From a virus (lineage: Duplodnaviria > Heunggongvirae > Uroviricota > Caudoviricetes), in IMG/VR virus record IMGVR_UViG_3300042934_000212: DNA of 64,000 bases; one strand, given 5' to 3'. Shown in pieces: positions 23,133 to 31,848 of this stretch. Below the pieces are notes generated by a model. The model was given only the letters and a program-made list of their open reading frames with translations, did not search any database and was not told the origin of the DNA. Every line of letters begins with the position of its first letter. Position 1 is the stretch's first letter. The translations under genes and the position numbers were made by a program.

Positions 23133-25325
23133 TTATACATTTCGAGGTGCTTCAGTATTATCTGCAATCTGTCTCAATATCTGTGCAACTTGACCGTTGT
23201 TCTGCCCTTGTTGTTCTAAACTATTTAGTATTTGTCCAAGTAGCTTATTTACAGCGTCATTAGCAGCATTACTTGCTGTTTGAGCTTGGGTAGATTCGGC
23301 TTGGTCTGCTTGTTCAACTTTTGCAGGTGGAGTATATTCTGGTGGAGCAGTTACTTGCTGTCTTCCCGCTGTTTGTGGTTGGGAAGCAGTTGGTGTAACT
23401 GGCTTAGCATCATTTGAAGCAGTTTTACCAGGGGCAACAGGTTCTGTCTTTTTATCGTCATCACCAGCCCACCACTTTTTAAACCTACTCATTGCGTCAT
23501 TTAACTTATTGTTTAATGAATTATAGGTATCCATGAATGAATTTTTAAGACTATCGAATGAAAAGTCCATGCTACCTAACTTTTTGAACCCATCAATGAT
23601 ATTGTCATATAATGAACCAATTGCAGACTGTGCAGCTTCAGCTTTTTCATCGGAACTTGAATTCCACCATCCAGTAATCTTATCCCATAGTAATTGGGGT
23701 AGATTCATAAAGTCATTCATGAATTTCTCAAAGGAATCGGATACTTTCTTATAACTATCACCAAATAAATCATTAGCCCAGCCCTCTAACAGACCCTGAA
23801 GGTATAACATCCCACTATCAAAGATTTTAGGAATAGCTTTTAATGAATCTCTTATAAGTTTTGCTGAGAAATCCCATGCACCATCTGAATTATTTGCTAA
23901 ATCTAATAAGTACTTTGCTGCTGATTCAGTCGTGTCTGCATAAAACTTGCTAAATGGTTCAGTAAAGGTTTTACCCAACCATAAATTAAATTTATTAGTA
24001 AATTCTTCAACAATTGGACTTGGATTATTCTTTGGATCATTCAAAAGTTTTTCAGTTTGTAGCATTTGACGGTGGAAATTTTCTGCTGCTGTATTACCAA
24101 CTTGCCTATCAATATCTGCTTGCTTAGAAATCATGTCCTGATGTTCATGAATAAAGTTTGCTGTCATTCGGTTGATAGTACGTTGATCCGTAATACCAGA
24201 TTTCTGAACACCTTGCATGAATTGTGCAAACTGTTGAGATATTTCATCGTTAAATTCTTCGGGCAATGAACCTAATGACCACTTCGAAGCATTTAATTGC
24301 TGTGCAGTCTTACCAAATTCACCCATAGAAGCAAACATACCATTCCAGGTCTTCATAACTTCAATGGATTTTTCTTCCGTCATTCCTGCTTGACTTTGCA
24401 ATGCAGAAATTGTTGCTCCAGTATCAATGTTATTACTTAAATCATTAAATCTAGATAATAGTTCATCAACGCTCTTACCAACCGCTTTACTCAAATAAGT
24501 CATTGAGCCTACGAACTTTGTAGTACTCTGAGATTCGCTCATATTACGCATCGTCTGCTGACTAGCGTACATTTTTTCAAATTTAAAGTTTCTTGCAGTA
24601 ATGTCAGCTAATTGTTGCTGAGATACCCCATATAACCCCATTTGTTCCTGTGTAAGTTGAACGGTATTTAGTAATTTACCAAAGTGTTCTACACCATCAC
24701 CATATTGTGCTTCCATTGCAGCTAAAGCATCGCTGTTTTTAGTTACTGCCTGACTGAATTCATTAATACTCATGAATGCAGAACCAGAACCTTTACGTAC
24801 TGTCAGCATACCATTAGCAAGGGTAAGACCAGCACTGTTTAATTGGTTATACATTTGTAATTGTTGGTTCAAATAGTCATAGACCATCGCACCAACTTGT
24901 ACAATTTGCATAAATCCAGAAGCTACTAAACCGATTGGTCCAGGTAACATTCCTAGTGACCTTTGAAGTACTTTTGCTGAAGTACCTACTGCACCAACAA
25001 CATTCTGAATATTACCGTTATTACCTAACGCGGTTCTTCCAAGGTTTCCAGCTTCACCGAACAAATCCTTAAATGCATTCTTGAAGCTACTGCCTCCAGA
25101 ATTGTTTCCATTTCCATTTCTTCTACGGTTGTTATTACGGTTTCCGCCATTTGAACCACCAGAATTATTTCCATTGTTATTATTACCTGAACCAGAACCT
25201 GAATTTTTTCCAGTATTCTTTTTAACATCAAGTAGTATTTCACGCATTGCACTTAAATTATCATTCATGGAAACACTTTGGTTTAACAATTCCTGTTGGA
25301 TATAGTCGTTGCTTAATCCGGCCAT
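23133..25325 (-). CDS. Probable tape-measure/gp29-like protein
   Basis: About 730 aa, helical, Gln/Ala/Met-rich with periodic aromatic residues; adjacent to gp26/gp51-like genes; GAGG RBS before ATG 25325. Confidence 0.6.
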   Translation of the reverse strand: MAGLSNDYIQQELLNQSVSMNDNLSAMREILLDVKKNTGKNSGSGSGNNNNGNNSGGSNGGNRNNNRRRNGNGNNSGGSSFKNAFKDLFGEAGNLGRTALGNNGNIQNVVGAVGTSAKVLQRSLGMLPGPIGLVASGFMQIVQVGAMVYDYLNQQLQMYNQLNSAGLTLANGMLTVRKGSGSAFMSINEFSQAVTKNSDALAAMEAQYGDGVEHFGKLLNTVQLTQEQMGLYGVSQQQLADITARNFKFEKMYASQQTMRNMSESQSTTKFVGSMTYLSKAVGKSVDELLSRFNDLSNNIDTGATISALQSQAGMTEEKSIEVMKTWNGMFASMGEFGKTAQQLNASKWSLGSLPEEFNDEISQQFAQFMQGVQKSGITDQRTINRMTANFIHEHQDMISKQADIDRQVGNTAAENFHRQMLQTEKLLNDPKNNPSPIVEEFTNKFNLWLGKTFTEPFSKFYADTTESAAKYLLDLANNSDGAWDFSAKLIRDSLKAIPKIFDSGMLYLQGLLEGWANDLFGDSYKKVSDSFEKFMNDFMNLPQLLWDKITGWWNSSSDEKAEAAQSAIGSLYDNIIDGFKKLGSMDFSFDSLKNSFMDTYNSLNNKLNDAMSRFKKWWAGDDDKKTEPVAPGKTASNDAKPVTPTASQPQTAGRQQVTAPPEYTPPAKVEQADQAESTQAQTASNAANDAVNKLLGQILNSLEQQGQNNGQVAQILRQIADNTEAPRNV

Positions 25326-25337
25326 GTGTTTTTCCTC

Positions 25338-25379
25338 ATAAATAATCGTATACAAAATATATAGTATAGTCATATTTAT
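25338..25379. promoter_or_regulatory. Two face-to-face late boxes
   Basis: ATAAATA on + at 25338-25344 and on - at 25373-25379. Confidence 0.6.
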
Positions 25380-25391
25380 TATGGAGTCGAT

Positions 25392-26249
25392 ATGAATAAG
25401 ATGAACCCTTTATCAAAGTACACTAAAGTAGAAGTACTTTATGCTAAATTGGTAAGTAATGATGTTGTGAAATACCCTGAAGGTGTTTTACTTAATAACA
25501 CGGTAGAATGTGGTATCTGTGCTCGTTCTGCACGTGATGAATTGATGTTCAATAACCCTGATGCACTAATGAATGGTGAAGCAGTAGTTAATGTTATTGA
25601 AAACTGTGTTCCTAATATTGGAAACGCACGTAAACTTTTTGTACCAGATGTTGAGTTACTTCTAGTTGGTATTAAACTAGCAACTAAAGAACGTGAATAT
25701 CACATCGAAGTTGATTGCCCTAACTGTAAGCATCACGGTGCATTTGAGCGAGATTTACAAGTACTACTTGATAGTGCTGATTTACTTGAAGAACAACCAG
25801 AACTATTACTTGAAGATGTTGGTGGATTGCTACTAAAATTCCGTCCTCAAACTTGGGAAGAATATTCAGCATTCGGTCAGAATATGTTCCAACAACAGAA
25901 GAAAGCACAAGTCCTAGAGAATCGTGAAGATTTAACTGAAGCAGAGAAAATGGCTGTTTTTAGTGAGATTTTTGAAGTTATGACTAAACTAAGTTTTGAT
26001 ATGATTGTTTGTAATATTGACAGTATTGAAACTACAGAAGGAATGGTTATTACTGAGAAGGAGTTTATTGCAGAATGGTTAGGCGAACAGCCAGCATTTG
26101 TACTTAAACAAATTCGGGAAAAAGCAGATTGGATTAATAATACTGGTATCTCTCACGAGATGGATGTGGGATGTTCTAGTTGTGGTCATGAATGGACTAT
26201 TGAGAATCTTCAATTTGACCCTAGCAATTTTTTCGCACAAAGCTTCTAA
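25392..26249 (+). CDS. Baseplate hub/tail assembly chaperone (T4 gp26-like)
   Basis: NPLSKY, ARDELMFNNPDALMNG, D.ELLLVGIK.AT, CPNC and CSSC zinc motifs, terminal FDPSNFF. Confidence 0.75.
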   Translation: MNKMNPLSKYTKVEVLYAKLVSNDVVKYPEGVLLNNTVECGICARSARDELMFNNPDALMNGEAVVNVIENCVPNIGNARKLFVPDVELLLVGIKLATKEREYHIEVDCPNCKHHGAFERDLQVLLDSADLLEEQPELLLEDVGGLLLKFRPQTWEEYSAFGQNMFQQQKKAQVLENREDLTEAEKMAVFSEIFEVMTKLSFDMIVCNIDSIETTEGMVITEKEFIAEWLGEQPAFVLKQIREKADWINNTGISHEMDVGCSSCGHEWTIENLQFDPSNFFAQSF

Positions 26250-26269
26250 TCTCTGAACCACACGAGATC

Positions 26270-26446
26270 ATGCAGGAGATAGCAGATCTAAGACTGAATT
26301 CAGAAGACATTAAGAATGGGCTTATGGAAGTGTCTGTATACATAGAAAATACTACGTATGAAATGCTATTGAATATGCCAGTGACCGATAGAGATTTGCT
26401 TGTGAAGCAATACAACAAAAAGGTTAAAAAAGAAAATAAGAGATAA
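26270..26446 (+). CDS. Small gp51-like ORF, probably reached by -1 frameshift
   Basis: Not in the track (58 aa): MQEIADLRLNSEDIKNGLMEVSVYIENTTYEMLLNMPVTDRDLLVKQYNKKVKKENKR. Its frame is open from 26219; no good RBS. Confidence 0.7.
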   Translation: MQEIADLRLNSEDIKNGLMEVSVYIENTTYEMLLNMPVTDRDLLVKQYNKKVKKENKR

Positions 26447-26451
26447 CTAAG

Positions 26452-26476
26452 ACCAGCCTTTGTGCTGGTTTTTTTT
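26452..26476 (+). terminator. Intrinsic terminator
   Basis: ACCAGC-CTTTGT-GCTGGT followed by T7. Confidence 0.85.
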
Positions 26477-26479
26477 GTA

Positions 26480-27189
26480 TCTGAATTATTATAACTCTTT
26501 AGATTTGCCATACTTCGTATGTCAAAGAATTTTCGTTGTCTGTACATTCACTGCGTTCTGTACTGAACAACTCAATTCAGTTCTATTTCTTAATTCTCTT
26601 ATTAATAACTGTTACGTTCAACACTATTATACTGACGAGATTTTGTAGAGGACTTTATCATCCCCCCGCAGGGGAATGAAGACAATAAAAAAGTACCAAT
26701 TAAGGTACTGATATTGTTCTGACGATGATAGTCGTCGGATTTAATTGTATCGTAAATTTCTTATTAGAACGAAAGCGGGTTGATCTGTTTCTCTCTATTA
26801 CGGTCATGTTCAACGGTCGTGGGCTTACCACACTCAGCCTTAAGTCTATACAATCAAACTTAAAACCTATTCAACTGAAAATGGACGGATTTATATTGTA
26901 TAAATTCCATCGCAAAAATTAACATCAGTTAAATTCCCTTAGCTTTTTGGTAGGGCGATTCCTATATATCTATCGAGGATGTTCTGTTAAGCCTAATGAA
27001 CATCTTTATAGTGCCGTATTGCCGTGATTCGTAGTCTTATGTCGCTTTGTATGACTGCTAGTACTCTAACGGGTGTCTTCTGCACTTCGAACTGCTTGAA
27101 CTTCTCATCTATCCTCTACATTTTCGAGTGAATTAGGTTCTATTTTATCAGTACCGTTCAGTACCGCCAAGCAGGGTTGTTTTACTACA
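26480..27189 (-). ncRNA. Candidate large structured non-coding RNA or origin-primer RNA
   Basis: No credible ORF; consensus promoter at 27195-27223 points into it; many local hairpins and several 7-10 bp long-range complements. Strand and 3' end are uncertain. Confidence 0.55.
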
Positions 27190-27194
27190 TTCAT

Positions 27195-27223
27195 ATTATA
27201 CCACAAAAAAGCTTTCTGTTTCA
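27195..27223 (-). promoter_or_regulatory. Early/middle promoter driving the non-coding locus
   Basis: TGAAAC-N17-TATAAT, TGTGG extended -10. Confidence 0.85.
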
Positions 27224-27265
27224 CATTCTTGTAAATACATATACGTAGACTTTTTTGGGGTACAT

Positions 27266-27754
27266 ATGAAGAAAAGATTAAAAAATCCTAAAGAGGCAGC
27301 AGCCTATAGGAATGAACTATTAAAAAAACAAAAAGGTATTGATCCCATTTTAGGTATTCCGATTACCAAACCTGTTCTTGATCACCAACACTCAGGCAAC
27401 CAACATTGTCGTGAAGTACTTCAAAATGAAGTAAACGGTTGGGAAGGTAGAGTAGTTAACTCATATCGTAGATGCCTTGGACATTTAACGGATAAACCAA
27501 TACATGAAGTACTAAGAAATCTTGCAGACTATATTGAGCGTAATGGTAATATACCAGAAGAAGAACAAGTTATTCACCATACTGCACTTACAATTGATGT
27601 AAAGAAATTTAAAAATCTTCCAGCAGCACAACAATGCTCAATTCTAATTTCTTTTGGAGTAGAACCAGAATCTAACACTAAAAAAAGAGCTAATCAAGCA
27701 AGAAAGCTCATTAGGGAAGGATTACTTAATATGACACATATAAAAAAAGGATAA
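27266..27754 (+). CDS. Recombination endonuclease VII (T4 gp49-like)
   Basis: Q.GIDPI...PVLDHQH...CREVL...VN..EG, LRNLADY; 162 aa, close to gp49 size; TAAATA box at 27232. Confidence 0.8.
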   Translation: MKKRLKNPKEAAAYRNELLKKQKGIDPILGIPITKPVLDHQHSGNQHCREVLQNEVNGWEGRVVNSYRRCLGHLTDKPIHEVLRNLADYIERNGNIPEEEQVIHHTALTIDVKKFKNLPAAQQCSILISFGVEPESNTKKRANQARKLIREGLLNMTHIKKG

Positions 27755-27758
27755 CATA

Positions 27759-28634
27759 ATGCTTCCATTTACTAGAATTCTTCAGTACGGAAACACTATA
27801 CCTGATAGTGGTAAATTTAATGGAAATTCTACTAAACTTATTTCCACTATTCCATATGGACAAACTTGGTGTTGTGCATATGATAATAATGATACTATAT
27901 ACATATATGGTGGAACTTCTAATGGTTCAAATACGGGAGTTGTTAATTCATTATATACCTTTAGTATAAGTACGCAAGTAGTTACATTGGTAAGATCTAA
28001 TTTTTCTTCAGCACCAGTTGCAAACTCAGGTATGTGTTTTTATAATAATAAATTATATATTTTTGGTGGAACATCAAGTTCAGATGCTTTCAGTTATGAT
28101 GTAGTATCTCAAACAAAAACAACTTTACAGAGTGTTCCAACTGCTGGCCCAACTTCTGCAATTTTGTATAATAATAAAATTATAGTTATAACAAATAATA
28201 TTTCATATGAATATGATACAACAACGTCATCATATATTACTCAATATACAATACCATTTAATGTTAATACTTTATCACCATCAACCGCAATTATGGGTGA
28301 TTTTTTGTATTCTTTATCATATAGTCCAGCAAGACCTAATATAGATATATATAAAACAGATTTAAATTCTACACATACCAATGAAAATATTTTAACTACT
28401 ACAATTCCATTTTCACAATATAATTATTCAGTACTTGTTAATATAATGAATGGTTTATATATTTTTGATTCTGGATATATTTTACAATATATAAATGGTG
28501 GTTTAACTCAAATGAATATTTCAAATGCGAGTAATTTAATTTTACCTGGGTATTGTGTTGTAAAAAACACATTATATCTATTTGGTGGGTATAGAGGTTC
28601 TTCTAGACTTAATGAAATTTGGTTATTGACATAA
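27759..28634 (+). CDS. Kelch-like beta-propeller protein
   Basis: Repeats IYIYGG, LYIFGG, LYLFGG; very AT-rich. Confidence 0.75.
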   Translation: MLPFTRILQYGNTIPDSGKFNGNSTKLISTIPYGQTWCCAYDNNDTIYIYGGTSNGSNTGVVNSLYTFSISTQVVTLVRSNFSSAPVANSGMCFYNNKLYIFGGTSSSDAFSYDVVSQTKTTLQSVPTAGPTSAILYNNKIIVITNNISYEYDTTTSSYITQYTIPFNVNTLSPSTAIMGDFLYSLSYSPARPNIDIYKTDLNSTHTNENILTTTIPFSQYNYSVLVNIMNGLYIFDSGYILQYINGGLTQMNISNASNLILPGYCVVKNTLYLFGGYRGSSRLNEIWLLT

Positions 28635-28661
28635 AAAAAAGGAGCCTAATGGCTCCTTTTT
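28633..28661. terminator. Bidirectional intrinsic terminator
   Basis: A8-GGAGCC-TAAT-GGCTCC-T5. Confidence 0.9.
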
Positions 28662-28663
28662 GT

Positions 28664-30805
28664 TTATAAATCTAGTACGTCACAGAATTCCATAGAACTG
28701 AAACTATCTTCTTTCACTACTCGTAAGATTGAGCTTGCACGGCTTACCAATTCCTCACGATGAGATACTACAAAGATGTTTTTACCACGAACTGCACTCA
28801 AATCTTGAAGCATATGCCACGAACATTCAATACCACCAGTATCAAGGCCGTTATCTAGTAACTCATCAACTAATAGTACGTTAATGCTTTGATATAGAGA
28901 CTCGTATGTATCACGGAATGCTAGATTCAATGCAATGATTACACGAGTTCTTTCACCACGAGACAACTGTTTGAAGTCATACGACTGTCCGTTTAGCTCA
29001 ATGTCTACACTTAGGTCATTTAAGAATTCAACTGTGTGCTGTGAACCTGATTTCTCGATCCAGTATTGCAATCTTGAATTCAAGAATGAAATATTCTGCT
29101 CGATGATTCGACGGCGTACAAATGAATCTTTGTTCATTAGTAGTTTAGTCAAATAGTCCTGATGGTCAGCTAGTTTAACTAGTTTGTTGTATTCATCATA
29201 ATCCACATGCTGAATTGAGTTCGTTTTTAATGTCTCAATCTGCTCAAAGAATGGATTTTGTGATGATTGTTCACGCTCTAAAGATGAAACCAAAGAATTG
29301 AAAGCATGTTGCAAACCACGAACTTCTTCGGTGCTAAATGTTTCCGTGTATTCTTTTTCTTCAGTACTTTCTAACTCTGCAAATGCAGACATTAGTTCTT
29401 CATCATAGATATTAATATCTTCTTCAGTACTTTTCTTCTTTAGTTCTTCTAATTTGTGCTCATGAAGCTTTGCTTCTGATAATGTACGATAGAATGTCAC
29501 TGGTTTAGCAGGCATCTCAAAGACTTCCAAACGAGAAACTTCAAATTGTAGAGTTTGTAGCTCTCCATTTAGTGATTCAATCGCAGAGGTAATCTTTTGT
29601 ACTTCGTCTTCAGCTTTCTGCTTCATCTCGGAATGATTATCATCATGTTCTAATGAATGTTTACACAATGGACACTTACTTTCAGCAATTTCAGCTAGTT
29701 TCTGTTGTTCATTCTGCAAATAACCTTCCTGATGAGCAATTCGGTCTGTAACAGTTTTAATTTGTTGCTCTTTGAACCGTTTAGTGTTCAATGCTTCTTT
29801 CAGTATTTGCTCTAGTGCAACCCAATTAGCTAATTCTTCATGTAATGCTAGTTCAGATGCAATATCAAACTCGGAAAGCTTGTTAATACTATTAAGTACT
29901 TCCACTTTCTTTAGTTGTAGTGTATTAGAATAGTCTTCATGCTTAACTGCAAGTTGTGCTACACGATTTTCAAGATTGGTGCGGTGTGTATTGTGCTTAA
30001 TTGCTTCTTCCATCAATGCAGCTTGTGCAAATAATGTATCAAAATCAATTTCCTCATAGTCACTTAAGCTTTGAATAAGTTCTTCGATAGTTTTAGCTTT
30101 CTTCTGTTCGAATTCATTTGCTCGCGTCTGTAGAGATTCAATACTTTGTACAATACGCTTGTTCGATTCAGTAATAGTTTCAATTTTGAACTTTTCCTGG
30201 TCTGCAAGACGCTTGGTTTCCCTGTACATATCTTTAAGTAAGGTTGCTTTCTCGGTAAGTTGAGTAATACCAAGTAGTTCTTCAATCATTTCACGTTGTT
30301 TCTGTTGTGAAAGTGCTAAGAATGGTTCTACGTTAGCATTAAGTACTACGATATGTTCAAATAGTAACTGTGAAATACCTAAAATCTCATTCAAGTCTTC
30401 TTGGGTGTCTTTCTTTTCCCCACGCGATTCATCTGCGACAGGTTTCCCATCTTCTAGTGTTAAGAAATTGAAAAACGTGGGAGATCTCCCACGCTCAATT
30501 CTGTATTCAACACCATCTTTCTCGAAATCAATAATAACTTCACAATTCTTACCGTTAATCTTGTTTACTAGGTTAGGAATTTTAATATCATTACTAACAC
30601 TCTTACCATACAACCCATAAACAATACCTTGAATGATTGCAGACTTGCCTACACCATTCCTACGCCCTGCTGCATCATCACCTACTGATGCATCGTTGTT
30701 CTGACCAAGTACTAACGCAAGGTCAGTACTATCTAGGTCTAAAACTTGGGGTGCATTACCAAAAGAAAAGAAATTACGCATTGAAATGCGTTTAATAGAT
30801 AGCAT
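28664..30805 (-). CDS. gp46: Rad50/SbcC-like ATPase (gp46)
   Basis: NGVGKS Walker A, coiled coil with CPLC hook, LSRGE signature, LLVDE, VSH. Confidence 0.95.
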   Translation of the reverse strand: MLSIKRISMRNFFSFGNAPQVLDLDSTDLALVLGQNNDASVGDDAAGRRNGVGKSAIIQGIVYGLYGKSVSNDIKIPNLVNKINGKNCEVIIDFEKDGVEYRIERGRSPTFFNFLTLEDGKPVADESRGEKKDTQEDLNEILGISQLLFEHIVVLNANVEPFLALSQQKQREMIEELLGITQLTEKATLLKDMYRETKRLADQEKFKIETITESNKRIVQSIESLQTRANEFEQKKAKTIEELIQSLSDYEEIDFDTLFAQAALMEEAIKHNTHRTNLENRVAQLAVKHEDYSNTLQLKKVEVLNSINKLSEFDIASELALHEELANWVALEQILKEALNTKRFKEQQIKTVTDRIAHQEGYLQNEQQKLAEIAESKCPLCKHSLEHDDNHSEMKQKAEDEVQKITSAIESLNGELQTLQFEVSRLEVFEMPAKPVTFYRTLSEAKLHEHKLEELKKKSTEEDINIYDEELMSAFAELESTEEKEYTETFSTEEVRGLQHAFNSLVSSLEREQSSQNPFFEQIETLKTNSIQHVDYDEYNKLVKLADHQDYLTKLLMNKDSFVRRRIIEQNISFLNSRLQYWIEKSGSQHTVEFLNDLSVDIELNGQSYDFKQLSRGERTRVIIALNLAFRDTYESLYQSINVLLVDELLDNGLDTGGIECSWHMLQDLSAVRGKNIFVVSHREELVSRASSILRVVKEDSFSSMEFCDVLDL

Positions 30806-30816
30806 CCTGCCTCCAA

Positions 30817-31848
30817 TTATAGTGATAGATAAAGTTGAATCAAAAGTTCGTTGTCGATTACGTTGGATTTATTCTCTTTTATTTGAGCAATAACGATTTC
30901 ATCAACAGTTTCAGTACCTGCTGAGAAATCTTCACCAGTAAAGTTATTCTCTACTACTTTCTTGCCCGGAATAATGTTGAATTCACGAATCTTGTACAAA
31001 TTAGTAAAAGTTTCACGAATAAAACCAATTTCATCCATTGTAACCGGAATATCAATCTGAACTTTAGCTATTACGTTGTCTTCAAGGTAATAAGTTGGTT
31101 CAGATAGTAATTCTGATAAAGTAAATGTTCTGTAACGTGGAGCACCAGGCCACATTTTGAATTCTGGCTCATCACCGTGCTTTAGGAACATGATGCCTCG
31201 TGCATCATCCCAAGTATCTGAGAAGTTATGAGGAAAACAGTTTCCTGTGTACAGAATTTTAGTACCTTTTGATGTTACTTTAGCTTGTCGTTTGTGGAAA
31301 TGTCCACTAAAGACATATTCACATCCATTAAACGATTCTTCAGTCTCTTTACCATGATCTGGCATCTCAACCATCTTGTTAAGAAGGTAACCAGGTAGTT
31401 CTAAGTGTCCAAAAACGTACTTAGCACGTAGAGAAGGAAGTTGTTTGTATTCATCATCAATTAAGAACGGAATAAACGCACAATCATCGATGGTTTCAAT
31501 GTTATTGATAAAATGAATCTTATCAAATACACGAGCCATGTTGATACTCGTTACATCACGCTTGTTCTTATGATACATATCGTGGTTACCTACTAGAAAG
31601 TAGGTAATGTCGAATGAATCATTTAGTAATTGCATGATTTGAAGACCGAAGTCTAATGTATGGATGTTGATATTACTACGATTGTGGAAGAAATCACCCA
31701 TAAAAATGCAGGTTCTGATATTTCTTTCATTTGCTTCACTGATCATGAACTTAACAAATTCAAAACAATCAGTATTGTGTTCTCTGCTATTATTCTTTAA
31801 GCCTAAGTGAATGTCTGTAAAGATAATCGCATTATCAAATAGTGCCAT
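30817..31848 (-). CDS. gp47: Mre11/SbcD-like nuclease (gp47)
   Basis: TDIHLG, GDFFHNR, VGNHD, GHLE, SGHFH. Confidence 0.95.
   Translation of the reverse strand: MALFDNAIIFTDIHLGLKNNSREHNTDCFEFVKFMISEANERNIRTCIFMGDFFHNRSNINIHTLDFGLQIMQLLNDSFDITYFLVGNHDMYHKNKRDVTSINMARVFDKIHFINNIETIDDCAFIPFLIDDEYKQLPSLRAKYVFGHLELPGYLLNKMVEMPDHGKETEESFNGCEYVFSGHFHKRQAKVTSKGTKILYTGNCFPHNFSDTWDDARGIMFLKHGDEPEFKMWPGAPRYRTFTLSELLSEPTYYLEDNVIAKVQIDIPVTMDEIGFIRETFTNLYKIREFNIIPGKKVVENNFTGEDFSAGTETVDEIVIAQIKENKSNVIDNELLIQLYLSL

Noticed and set aside
26221-26547. 108-aa minus-strand ORF as the target of the 27195 promoter
   Set aside because: It is antisense to the gp51-like ORF and crosses its terminator, has no clear RBS and lies about 640 nt from the promoter. 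Not fully excluded.
26725-26922. 65-aa plus-strand ORF (also 26460..26648) inside the non-coding locus
   Set aside because: No RBS or promoter, atypical composition, and it lies downstream of a strong terminator; likely chance ORFs.
26480-27190. tRNA, tmRNA, group I intron, retron or CRISPR interpretation of the structured locus
   Set aside because: No cloverleaf, tag ORF, interrupted host gene, reverse transcriptase or repeat-spacer periodicity was recognised in the window.
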